Assembly (NCBI GenBank): GCA_964651335.1 | Contig: CAZYVT010000006.1 | Location: 1,659-65,658, forward strand | Direction: 5' to 3' | Length of the DNA stretch: 64,000 bases | DNA from: an uncultured Enterobacteriaceae bacterium | GTDB lineage: Bacteria; Pseudomonadota; Gammaproteobacteria; Burkholderiales; SG8-39 | In this document: one piece after another, positions 27,780 to 36,563 of the stretch | Layout: every line of letters begins with the position of its first letter | Position numbering within the stretch: position 1 is the stretch's first letter | Translations under genes and position numbers: made by a program | Notes under the pieces: generated by a model | Told to the model about the DNA's origin: nothing | Databases searched by the model: none | Seen by the model: only the letters and a program-made list of their open reading frames with translations

Positions 27780-30743
27780 ATGCTTCGCACCGACATCCGC
27801 GTCCTCTTCGCGCTGTTCACCCTGTCGGGGTTCACCGGGCTCATCTACGAGTCGCTGTGGACGCATTACCTCAAGCTTTTCCTCGGCGCGGCGGCCTTCG
27901 CCCAATCGTTCGTCCTTGCGGCCTTCATGGGCGGCCTGGCGCTGGGCGCCTGGCTCGCGAGCCGCTGGAGCGCGCGGCTGACAAACCTGCTTGCCGTTTA
28001 CGGATGGGTCGAGGCGCTGATCGGAGCCGGCGCGCTTCTGTTTCATCCGCTGTTTGTCCTGCTTACGCAGGCCTCGCTCGATCATGTCCTGCCCGCACTC
28101 GGCTCCCCCGACGCGGTGGAGGTCTACAAATACACCCTGTGCGCGGTCCTCATCGTGCCGCAGACCGTGCTCCTCGGCATGACGTTCCCGTTGATGAGCG
28201 GCGCGGTGATCCGCCGCGGCCCCGAATCGAGCGGACACCATCTGGCGCTGCTGTATTTCACTAACTCGATCGGCGCCGCGGCCGGAGCGCTCCTGACCGC
28301 GTTCTGGCTGCTTGGCTGGCTGGGGCTGCCCGGCACGATGCGCCTGGGCGGCGCGCTGAACCTCGTGCTTGCCGCATTCGTGCTGGTGCTCGCACGCGAG
28401 CGCGAACCGCAGCCCGCACCCGCGGCCCGCGCGGCGGGCGTCGCCGCCGCGGACCGCGGCTTCGTGCTGCTGCTCCTCGCGGCGGCATTCATCACCGGCG
28501 CCGCCTCCTTCATCTACGAGATCGCCTGGATCCGCATGCTTTCGCTCGTGCTGGGGGCATCGTTCCAGGCCTTCGAACTGATGCTCTCGGCCTTCATCAC
28601 GGGCCTTGCGCTGGGCGGGCTCTGGATCCGCAAGCGGATCGACGGGATCGAGAATCCGCTGCGCTTCGGCGGCCTGGTCCAGGTCGCGATGGGGCTCGCG
28701 GCGCTCGGCACGGTGTACGTGTACCACCTGAGCTTCGACTGGATGGAATGGGCGCTCGGGATCCTCAAGCGCGAGGACGCGGCGTACCCGGTCTTCAACC
28801 TGTTCAGCCACGCAATTGCCTTCGCGGTGATGCTGCCTGCCACCTTTCTTGCCGGCATGACGTTGCCGCTGTTCACCTTCGCGCTGCTGCGCGCGGGCCA
28901 TGGCGAGCGCGCGATCGGCCAGGTGTATGCCGCGAATACCCTGGGCGCGATCGCCGGCGTGGTGGTTGCCGTGCACCTGCTCATGCCGGAATTCGGAGTC
29001 AAGCTCGCGCTCATCCTGGGCGCCGCGCTCGACATTTTGCTCGGCGCGTGGCTCCTGCGCCGGTCCGGCGCGCGCTTGCAGCGCGCCGAGGGGTTCGCCG
29101 CGGTGATCGGCGGCATGCTCGCTGCAACGCTCACCGCGCGCGCCGAGGTGCTTGACCCCGAGCGGCTGTCCTCGGGCGTATTCCGCCACGGAAAGGCGCA
29201 ACCCGCGCACCAGCAGGTCGGTTTTTATCGCGACGGCAAAACCGCCTCAGTGGCGGTGCGCGTCGCGGGCGGGCGATCGGTCTCGATCACGACCAATGGC
29301 AAGCCTGACGCCTCGATCCAGCTCGATCCAGGCCAGCCGCCGTCCGCGGATGAGCACACGATGACGTTGCTCGGTGCGCTGCCACTGCTGCTCAAACCGG
29401 ACGCGCGCGCGATCGCCAACATCGGCTTCGGATCGGGGCTCACCGCAGAGGTCGTGCTTTCCCACAGCGGCCCGCGGGTGCTCGACACGGTCGAAATCGA
29501 GCCGGCGATGGTCGCCGGCGCGCGCAACTTCGTCCCCCGCGTGAGCCGCCCCTACCGCGATCCACGCAGCCACATGTACTACGAAGATGCCAAGAGCTAT
29601 TTCGCGCGCCACGGCAAGCTCTATGACGTGATCATCTCGGAGCCCTCGAACCCGTGGGTGAACGGCGTAGCGGGCCTGTTCACCACCGAGTTCTATCGCG
29701 ACACCCGGCGCTACCTCGCACCCCAGGGGCTGCTGGTGCAGTGGCTGCATTCCTACGAGTTCGACGACCGGTTGCTCGGCTCGGTGCTCGCAGCGCTGGG
29801 GGAGAACTTCGATGATTTCGAAGCCTACGAGGTGAATAGTGGCGACCTGATCGTGGTCGCAGTGGCCGAGGGCCGCGTTCCGCCGCTTGGCGCCCTGCCG
29901 GCAGGCGAACCCGTGTTCGTCGAGCAGCTCAAGCGCATCGGCGTCACCGGGCGCGAACATCTCGCCGGGCGCCGCGTCGGCAGCAAGCGCGAACTGATGG
30001 CGTTGCTCGCGCCGCTCGGCGTGCCGGCGAATTCTGATTTTCGGCCGTTCGTGCAACTGGAGGCGACGCGAGCCCGCTTTGCGCAACACAGCGCAACAGC
30101 GCTGCCGCAGCTCGCGCTCGCGCCAGTGCCGGTGAGCGAGATGCTCGCCGGCCTCGAGCCCGCCTATTTGCGCGAGCCCCTCTCGGTCGACATGGCATCC
30201 CAACTGGCTCTCCAGAACCTTGCGCTCGAACTGCATCGAGTACTGATCGATCCGGCCGCCGAACCTTCGCGCTCGAGCGATACCAACCTGCGGGCGACGT
30301 TGCTTGCGCTCAAGCGGCCCAAGGTGCTTTGCGGTGCGAATCCCCCCAAATACGTCCTGGATCAACTGCATTTCGCCGCCGAGCTTTCGTTGGCACACCT
30401 TGCCCCGGACAAGCGCCGGTCGCTCTGGGTCGAGCCGCTCTGGATCGGTTGCGCGCGCGGCGAAATCGGCCCGGAGGTGCAGAAACGGCTCGATGTGTAC
30501 CGGGTGATCGCCCAGCGCGACGCCGCAGGCATGCTGAATCAGGCGCGCGCGATGCTTCAAGGACAGCCCGTCGAGGGATTCGCTTGGGCCCGATTCCTGC
30601 TGACCACGGCAATGGTCGGCGCACACGCCTCCGGCCAAAGCGAAGAGGCGCGGCGGCTCTGGCACCTCCACGTCGTGCCGCTATACCGGGACACTCCGAT
30701 TCCGTTGTACGTGGTGTACGTAGCGAACTGGAAAAAATCCTAG
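27780..30743 (+). CDS. fused polytopic membrane domain / spermidine-synthase-like methyltransferase-fold protein with a long C-terminal extension
   Basis: 987 aa. The N-terminal roughly 450 aa form many TM helices (FALFTLSGFTGLIYESLWTHYL). The central part has a SpeE-like motif (IGFGSGLTAEV...DVIISEPSNPWVNGVAGLFTTEFY). About 300 C-terminal aa have no obvious family. Confidence 0.8.
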   Translation: MLRTDIRVLFALFTLSGFTGLIYESLWTHYLKLFLGAAAFAQSFVLAAFMGGLALGAWLASRWSARLTNLLAVYGWVEALIGAGALLFHPLFVLLTQASLDHVLPALGSPDAVEVYKYTLCAVLIVPQTVLLGMTFPLMSGAVIRRGPESSGHHLALLYFTNSIGAAAGALLTAFWLLGWLGLPGTMRLGGALNLVLAAFVLVLAREREPQPAPAARAAGVAAADRGFVLLLLAAAFITGAASFIYEIAWIRMLSLVLGASFQAFELMLSAFITGLALGGLWIRKRIDGIENPLRFGGLVQVAMGLAALGTVYVYHLSFDWMEWALGILKREDAAYPVFNLFSHAIAFAVMLPATFLAGMTLPLFTFALLRAGHGERAIGQVYAANTLGAIAGVVVAVHLLMPEFGVKLALILGAALDILLGAWLLRRSGARLQRAEGFAAVIGGMLAATLTARAEVLDPERLSSGVFRHGKAQPAHQQVGFYRDGKTASVAVRVAGGRSVSITTNGKPDASIQLDPGQPPSADEHTMTLLGALPLLLKPDARAIANIGFGSGLTAEVVLSHSGPRVLDTVEIEPAMVAGARNFVPRVSRPYRDPRSHMYYEDAKSYFARHGKLYDVIISEPSNPWVNGVAGLFTTEFYRDTRRYLAPQGLLVQWLHSYEFDDRLLGSVLAALGENFDDFEAYEVNSGDLIVVAVAEGRVPPLGALPAGEPVFVEQLKRIGVTGREHLAGRRVGSKRELMALLAPLGVPANSDFRPFVQLEATRARFAQHSATALPQLALAPVPVSEMLAGLEPAYLREPLSVDMASQLALQNLALELHRVLIDPAAEPSRSSDTNLRATLLALKRPKVLCGANPPKYVLDQLHFAAELSLAHLAPDKRRSLWVEPLWIGCARGEIGPEVQKRLDVYRVIAQRDAAGMLNQARAMLQGQPVEGFAWARFLLTTAMVGAHASGQSEEARRLWHLHVVPLYRDTPIPLYVVYVANWKKS

Positions 30744-30784
30744 CGATTGTCCAGCACGTTGCGCGCGGCAACGCCCTTCTGCTC

Positions 30785-31570
30785 TCACTGCGGCACGACC
30801 AGCTCGCGCATCGCTTCCGGGATTCTGTATTCGGGGTAGCGCCGCTTGAATTCGGCGTAGGCCTCGTCCGCTTCCTTGTGCCGGCCCTCGCGGCGCAGCG
30901 CTGCGATCCGTTCGAGCCAGCGCCCGGGCGCCTCCGTCTCCTCGGCGCGCTTCGACAACGCATCTGCCGCAATGCGGCTGGGACGATCCCGCTCCATTGC
31001 CTGCCGCGACTCTGTATTTTCCTCCGGCACCGTGGCTGCCCGGCCGACCGGCGCCGCGGCGGACCCTGCGGCACCGGCGACACCCGGGAACGGCTTCTCC
31101 TGAAGCGGTTGCGGCGCTGGTGCGGCCGACTGCGGCGGCGCGGGAATAGCTATCGCGGGAGGCGCCGGCACGGTGCGGCGCGGCTCTGCTTTGGCGCGTG
31201 CCGCGGTCTGATTCTCGCCGGCCGCGTCGCGCGGCGCTTCCGTCCGCGGCGCTGCATCGGAACGCGGAGCGGCGGGCGCGCTGTCCGGTCGCGAAACCGG
31301 CGGCAACGGCGGTGGCGCGCTCAACTCCGCATCGGGCTGCTCGCGCTGCATCTCGAGCGTAACGACGACCGAGAGAACGATGACCGCGGCCGCGGCTAGC
31401 GGCACGTACCAGCGCCGGCGGGCGGTGGGCGCAACGAGCGGCGCCGGGCGCGTCTCGAGCGCGCCGCGGGCGGCGGCAAGGATCGCCTCGTCGAGCGCGC
31501 GCGGCGGTTCCTCGCGATCGAGTTCGCGATAGCGACGCGTGATTTCCGGTTCGCGTCCGGATTCAGTCAT
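30785..31570 (-). CDS. anti-sigma factor (single-pass; no ZAS motif)
   Basis: It overlaps the sigma gene by 8 nt. An N-terminal cytoplasmic segment (RRYRELDREEPPRALDEAILAAARG) is followed by one TM (WYVPLAAAAVIVLSVVVTL), a Pro/Ala-rich linker and a C-terminal helical WLERIAALRREGRHKEADEAYAEFKRRYPEY. Confidence 0.7.
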   Translation of the reverse strand: MTESGREPEITRRYRELDREEPPRALDEAILAAARGALETRPAPLVAPTARRRWYVPLAAAAVIVLSVVVTLEMQREQPDAELSAPPPLPPVSRPDSAPAAPRSDAAPRTEAPRDAAGENQTAARAKAEPRRTVPAPPAIAIPAPPQSAAPAPQPLQEKPFPGVAGAAGSAAAPVGRAATVPEENTESRQAMERDRPSRIAADALSKRAEETEAPGRWLERIAALRREGRHKEADEAYAEFKRRYPEYRIPEAMRELVVPQ

Positions 31571-32111
31571 CGAGCGCTTCCCTCAGCCTGGCGAGCGCGT
31601 AGCGCAGCCGGCTCTTCGTCGCCTCCGCGTTTGCTCCGGTCGCCGCGGCGATCTCCTCGATCGAAAGCCCCGCCTCCTCGCGCAGCAGGAACGCTTCGCG
31701 CTGCGCCGGGGGCAGCGCCGCGATCGCCTGCGCCAGTCGCGCCAGCCCTTCGCGCGCCTCGGCCTGGCGTTGGGGCTCCAGTCCCGGATTGCCCTGAGGC
31801 TCCTCCAACTGCGCTTCATCGTCGTCGAGCGAAACGGCGTGCAACTCGTGCCGCCGCCAGTGATCGACCAGCCGGTTGTGGGCGATGGTGTACAGCCAGG
31901 TCGTGAAGCGCGCCTGCGGCTGGTAGCGCTCGCGCGCCTCGATCACGCGCATCCAGATGTCCTGATAAAGCTCCTCCGCGAGCGCCCGCTCGCGCACGCT
32001 CCTCACCACAAAGCGGAACAGCCCGCCCTTGTGGCGGGTATACAGGACCTCAAAGGCGGCGGCTTGGCCCTCGCAGTAAGCGAGCATGAGCTGCTCATCG
32101 GAACCCTCCAT
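31563..32111 (-). CDS. ECF-type RNA polymerase sigma-70 factor
   Basis: 182 aa. Region 2 reads FEVLYTRHKGGLFRFV...DIWMRVIEARERY and region 4 reads ALPPAQREAFLLREEAGLSIEEIAAATG. Confidence 0.9.
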   Translation of the reverse strand: MEGSDEQLMLAYCEGQAAAFEVLYTRHKGGLFRFVVRSVRERALAEELYQDIWMRVIEARERYQPQARFTTWLYTIAHNRLVDHWRRHELHAVSLDDDEAQLEEPQGNPGLEPQRQAEAREGLARLAQAIAALPPAQREAFLLREEAGLSIEEIAAATGANAEATKSRLRYALARLREALDD

Positions 32112-32122
32112 GCCTCATGAGT

Positions 32123-32896
32123 TTACCCCCGGGGGTCAGGCACGAACCCGGGGAACGGGCGCGGTACCGGAACCGTTGTCGCCGGCTCGCGAATCACGCC
32201 GCGCGCCACCAGGTTGCGGTAGCTGTCGTAGTGGATCGCGATGGTTTCGGCAGGCGAGCTCGACGCACGCTCGAATTCGACATAGCGCGCCTGCGAATTC
32301 TCGCTCCGGCCGTGGCCGGTGCCGAGCTTGGTGTCGCGTTCAGCCAAGGGCGCCTCTGCCTCGGCGCGCGTACTGCCCGACGCGCCTGCCGCATCAGCCG
32401 CCGCCGGCGCCTGACGCCGCGACAGCGGTGCGATGTCATGCGGCTGCTCGACGCGCTTGCGGTTGAAGAGCGCGACCCCGATCACGCCCACATTGTCGGG
32501 GCGCCCGGTGCGCGCGGCGTAGGAATCGGGCAGCTCGGTGAAGTAGAACGCGGCGGTGCGCTCCAGGCTCTTGCGCCAGCCCTTGACCTCGAGCGCGCGC
32601 CACGGCGCGAGCACGTAGCCGCTTTGTTGCGGGCTCGCGGTTTCGCCGGTAACGACGTTGATGCCGTCCACCGACATCACCGCAAGCAGGTCCTCACCGC
32701 GGCGGCTCTTGACGCTGACCTGGTAGTCGTTGCCGGGCTTGCCGACAACCCAGGCGCGCCCTTCGTGCCAATACACCGGCAGACGCCTGCCTTCACTGCG
32801 GTCGAAAACGGCGAGGTCGGCAAGGCTGCCGACGCCCCACGCCGGCGCGGCGAGCGCCAGCGCCAGCGCCGCGCCCGTCCATCTCATGAGCTTCAT
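32123..32896 (-). CDS. secreted hypothetical protein, first gene of the ECF sigma operon
   Basis: 257 aa with signal peptide MKLMRWTGAALALALAAPAWG. It ends 11 nt before the sigma start. I recognise no family. Confidence 0.6.
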   Translation of the reverse strand: MKLMRWTGAALALALAAPAWGVGSLADLAVFDRSEGRRLPVYWHEGRAWVVGKPGNDYQVSVKSRRGEDLLAVMSVDGINVVTGETASPQQSGYVLAPWRALEVKGWRKSLERTAAFYFTELPDSYAARTGRPDNVGVIGVALFNRKRVEQPHDIAPLSRRQAPAAADAAGASGSTRAEAEAPLAERDTKLGTGHGRSENSQARYVEFERASSSPAETIAIHYDSYRNLVARGVIREPATTVPVPRPFPGFVPDPRG

Positions 32897-32971
32897 TGCA
32901 GTCTCCTTTCAGGTTCACGGGCTTCCCGCCCTGGTACCTTGAACGAAACTGCGTGAAAAACGGGTTAGCAG

Positions 32972-34651
32972 CTATTCACATTCCAGCGCCGCGCGCCGGA
33001 TCGCCGAAAGCGTCTTCGCCGGCGTGATCGCATCCGGTTCGATCCGGACTTCGATCACCGCGGGCTTGGCGGAGGCGCGCGCCCGCTCGAAGGCAGGCGC
33101 GAATTGCGCGGTCTCGACGACCAGTTCGCCATGCCCGCCGAAAGCGCGCGCATATGCGGCAAAGTCCGGGTTCCTCAGCTCGGTGCCGGAGAGGCGCCCG
33201 GGATAGAAACGCTCCTGATGCATGCGAATCGTGCCGTACATGCCGTTGTTCACCACGACCACGATCGGCGCGGCGCCGTATTGCGCGGCCGTCGCCAGCT
33301 CCTGCCCGTTCATCAGAAAATCGCCGTCGCCGGTCCATCCCACCACCATGCGCTGCGGTTCGGCGAGCTTTGCCGCGACCGCGGCAGGCAGGCCATAGCC
33401 CATCGAGCCGCTCGCCGGGGCGAGCTCGGTACGGTAGCGTTTGTAGACGAAGTGCCGGTGCAGCCAGCCGGCGAAATTGCCGGCGCCGTTGGCGATGATC
33501 GCGTCCTCCGGCAAGGTCTGCGACAACCACTGCACGATTTCGCCGAGCTGCACGCGGCCCGGCATCGCGACCGGAATTCGCCATGCCTCATAGTCTGCGC
33601 GCGCGCCGCGCGTCCACTCGCGCCAGCGTGTGCCGTCGAGCGTAACGCCTTCCAGCGAGTCCACGAACTGCGGCAGGCCGGAATTGATCGGCAGCCGCGC
33701 CGCGTAGACACGCCCCAGTTCCTCGGCGCCGGGGTGGACGTGAACCAGGGTCTGCTTCGTCACCGGTACTTCGAGCAGGGTGTAGCCGCCGGTCGTGATT
33801 TCGTCCAGGCGCGGCCCGATCGCGAGCAGCAGATCGGCGTCCTTGACGCGTTGCGCGAGGCAGGGGTTGATCCCGATCCCGACGTCGCCGGCGTAGCACG
33901 GAGAGCGGTGATCGACGTAGTCCTGGCAGCGGAACGACGTTGCAATAGGCAAGCCGGCTGCCTCTGCCCAGCCGCGCAAACGCTCGAGCGCATCGCCCGT
34001 CCAGCCCCCTCCGCCAATGAGAACGAGGGGGCGCGATGCTCGCGACATCAGCCGTGTCAGTTCCTCCACATCGCGCGGTGCGGGCGCGCCGCGCACCGTC
34101 CGGTAATGCGGCGCATCGGCCACCGTCGCCTCCGAGAACAGCATATCCTCCGGCAGCGCGAGCAGCACGGGCCCCGGCCTTCCGGCCATCGCAGCATGGA
34201 AAGCGTGGCTCACGTACTCTGGAATGCGCTCGACGCGGTCGATCTGCCCCACCCACTTCGTGAGCGGCCCGTACATGCGCCGGTAATCGATCTCCTGGAA
34301 GGCCTCGCGCTCCGCCATGTCGTTGCCGACCTGACCGACGAAGATGACCATCGGCGAAGAGTCCTGCATCGCGGTGTGCACACCGACAGAGCCGTTGGTC
34401 GCGCCGGGGCCGCGCGTCACGAAGAGCACACCCGGCTCGCCCGTCAGCTTGGCGTACGCTTCCGCCATGTAGGAGGCGCCGCCCTCCTGGCGGCAAATCA
34501 CGAACTTCAGCCGCTCGCGGTGGTCGTAAAGACCGTCGAGCACGGGCAGGAAGCTTTCGCCGGGTACGCCGAACGCCATCCTCACGCCATGCGCAGCGAG
34601 CGCGTCGGCGAGGATCCTGCCACCGTGACGCGGTTTCGAATCTCCACTCAT
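32972..34651 (-). CDS. thiamine-pyrophosphate-dependent enzyme (acetolactate synthase large-subunit-like)
   Basis: 559 aa with an N-terminal TPP-Pyr domain (GGRILADALAAHGVRMAFGVPGESFLPVLD) and a C-terminal GDGDFLMNGQELATA TPP-binding motif. The start ATG overlaps the upstream stop (ATGA). Confidence 0.85.
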   Translation of the reverse strand: MSGDSKPRHGGRILADALAAHGVRMAFGVPGESFLPVLDGLYDHRERLKFVICRQEGGASYMAEAYAKLTGEPGVLFVTRGPGATNGSVGVHTAMQDSSPMVIFVGQVGNDMAEREAFQEIDYRRMYGPLTKWVGQIDRVERIPEYVSHAFHAAMAGRPGPVLLALPEDMLFSEATVADAPHYRTVRGAPAPRDVEELTRLMSRASRPLVLIGGGGWTGDALERLRGWAEAAGLPIATSFRCQDYVDHRSPCYAGDVGIGINPCLAQRVKDADLLLAIGPRLDEITTGGYTLLEVPVTKQTLVHVHPGAEELGRVYAARLPINSGLPQFVDSLEGVTLDGTRWREWTRGARADYEAWRIPVAMPGRVQLGEIVQWLSQTLPEDAIIANGAGNFAGWLHRHFVYKRYRTELAPASGSMGYGLPAAVAAKLAEPQRMVVGWTGDGDFLMNGQELATAAQYGAAPIVVVVNNGMYGTIRMHQERFYPGRLSGTELRNPDFAAYARAFGGHGELVVETAQFAPAFERARASAKPAVIEVRIEPDAITPAKTLSAIRRAALECE

Positions 34652-35595
34652 GCGGCGACTCGCTCGAACGCGGCGCGCAGCCGCGTGCAGCATTCGGCCA
34701 CTGCTGCGTTCGCCGTGTCGAGCACGCCGCCGAAGAGGATGAAGCCGTGCACCATGTCCGGGTACTCGCGATAGGCGACCTCCCCGCCCTCCTTGGCCAA
34801 GCGCTCGGCGTATGCGCGCCCTTCGTCGACCAGCGGATCGAACCCCGCCGTGAGCAGGAACACCTGCGGGAGCCCGGCGAAACTTTTCGCGAGCAAAGGC
34901 GATGCGCGCCAGTCGAGCCAGTCGTCATTCCGCGGCAAGTAATGACCGCGAAAATATTCTATTGACTGGCGCGTGAGGAGATAGCCGTCGCCGTTGCGCT
35001 CGTGCGACGCGAAGCCGCAGCGCTGGTCGGTCGCGGGATAGATGAGAAGCTGATAGGCGAGCGCGGGACCGCCCGCGTCGCGCGCCTCAAGCGCGACCAC
35101 CGCCGCGAGATTGCCGCCCGCGCTGTCTCCGCCGACCGCGATCCGCTCCGGGTCGATCCGGAGTGCGCGCGCTTCGGACGCGACCCAGCGCGTTGCGGCG
35201 ATCGAGTCCTCCACCGCTGCCGGAAACGGATGCTCGGGCGCAAGCCGGTAATCCACCGAAAACACCGCGCAGCGCGCCCCGTTCGACAATTGCCGGCACA
35301 GCACGTCGTGCGTATCCAGGTCGCCGATCGTCCAGCCGCCGCCATGAAAGTACACCAGCGCAGGAAGCACCTCGTGCTTGGCGACACCCGCGGGCCGGTA
35401 GGCGCGCAGCGCGATGGCGTTTGCAACGACCATCAGCCGCGCCTCGGAGACTTCGGGGGGCACCGGAGCGAGCACGGACCGCGTGTCGCGATACAGGCGC
35501 CGCGCCACGTACGCCGGCACCGTGTGATACGGCGGCAGCGGCGATCGGGCGACGCGCTCCAGAAGCTGCGCGACCTGCGGGTGCAGGCCGCTCAT
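34648..35595 (-). CDS. alpha/beta-hydrolase fold-3 esterase/lipase (HSL family)
   Basis: VYFHGGGWTIGD (HGGG oxyanion motif), GDSAGGNLA nucleophile elbow, DPLVDEG and HGF. 315 aa. Confidence 0.85.
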   Translation of the reverse strand: MSGLHPQVAQLLERVARSPLPPYHTVPAYVARRLYRDTRSVLAPVPPEVSEARLMVVANAIALRAYRPAGVAKHEVLPALVYFHGGGWTIGDLDTHDVLCRQLSNGARCAVFSVDYRLAPEHPFPAAVEDSIAATRWVASEARALRIDPERIAVGGDSAGGNLAAVVALEARDAGGPALAYQLLIYPATDQRCGFASHERNGDGYLLTRQSIEYFRGHYLPRNDDWLDWRASPLLAKSFAGLPQVFLLTAGFDPLVDEGRAYAERLAKEGGEVAYREYPDMVHGFILFGGVLDTANAAVAECCTRLRAAFERVAA

Positions 35596-35933
35596 TTCAC
35601 CGCCGCAAGCATCTTCTTCAGCCGCTCTGCGAAAAACGGAGCGCATTTCAGGATGCGCGTGTCCTGGGAGACGATCAGGGCGCGGATCTTGGCGACGTAG
35701 GCCTGCCAGGCGGGATCGCCCTGCATCGCGGCGCGGCACTTCTCGCGCTGGTTGAGGTCGTCATAGGCCCACAGGTGCACCACCATGTTCTGCGGCCCGA
35801 CCTCGGTGAAGTAGTACCCCGCCATGTGCGGCAGGTGCCTGGTCTGGATCGCCATGCCCTCGGCTTCGTACATCTTCAGATACTCAGGCACCTTGCCGAC
35901 CTGCAGGACGTACATGCGCTCTTCGACGTACAC
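35592..35933 (-). CDS. NIPSNAP-family protein
   Basis: 113 aa with a GTG start preceded by GGAGGG. The pattern YVLQVGKVPEYLKMYE...MVVHLWAYDDLNQRE is typical of the NIPSNAP dimeric alpha-beta barrel. Confidence 0.7.
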   Translation of the reverse strand: MYVEERMYVLQVGKVPEYLKMYEAEGMAIQTRHLPHMAGYYFTEVGPQNMVVHLWAYDDLNQREKCRAAMQGDPAWQAYVAKIRALIVSQDTRILKCAPFFAERLKKMLAAVK

Positions 35934-35989
35934 GGTTCCCTCCTCGCGAATGCGCGGATTATAGTCGTCGTGCTGTATAGTCCGCGGCG

Positions 35990-36466
35990 ATGGACGACAT
36001 CAACACGCTCAGGCGCATCCTCAGGGAAAACCGCGTGATCGCGATCGTCGGACTGTCCGCCGACTGGTTCCGGCCGAGCCATTTCGCCGCGAAGTACATG
36101 CAGGACCACGGCTATCGCGTGATTCCGGTCAATCCGCGCTACGCGGGAAAAACCGTGCTCGGCGAGCGCTGCTACGCCGGCCTGCGCGAGATTCCGGACC
36201 AGGTGGACCTGGTGGACGTGTTCCGCAAGACCGCAGATGTGATGCCGATTGCCGAGGACGCGATTGCGATCGGTGCGAAAGTCCTTTGGCAGCAGCTCGG
36301 CGTCAGGAACGAAGCCGCTGCGGCGAAGGCGCGCGCCGCCGGAATGGAAACCGTCATGGACCATTGCGTCAAGATCGAGCACGGCCGGCTCTTCGGCGGC
36401 CTGAACTGGGTCGGCGTCAACACCGGGGTGATCTCCGCGAAGCGGCCGCGCTGGCTGGCCCATTAG
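35990..36466 (+). CDS. CoA-binding domain protein (YccU-like)
   Basis: RVIAIVGLSADWFRPSHFAAKYMQDHGYRVIPVNPRY...VDLVDVFRK is the canonical CoA_binding_2 pattern. Confidence 0.85.
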   Translation: MDDINTLRRILRENRVIAIVGLSADWFRPSHFAAKYMQDHGYRVIPVNPRYAGKTVLGERCYAGLREIPDQVDLVDVFRKTADVMPIAEDAIAIGAKVLWQQLGVRNEAAAAKARAAGMETVMDHCVKIEHGRLFGGLNWVGVNTGVISAKRPRWLAH

Positions 36467-36539
36467 GGGTAGCGCGGGCGACGTTCCGCGCACCGCTTCG
36501 GTGCGCCCCATTCTGTCTCCGTTGCGGTAAGCTGTTGAC

Positions 36540-36560
36540 GAGACATGCCCCGCATGTCTC
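36540..36560. promoter_or_regulatory. perfect 9-bp-arm dyad/hairpin just upstream of the ATP-grasp gene
   Basis: GAGACATGC-CCC-GCATGTCTC ends 3 nt before ATG 36564, and TTGACG overlaps its left edge. It could be an operator or an RBS-occluding hairpin. Confidence 0.35.
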
Positions 36561-36563
36561 GGC

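Noticed and set aside
30757-30773. CGTTGC-GCGCG-GCAACG hairpin between the convergent spermidine-synthase-like gene and the anti-sigma gene.
   Set aside because: It has only a 6-bp stem and no T-tract on either strand, so it is too weak to call a terminator.
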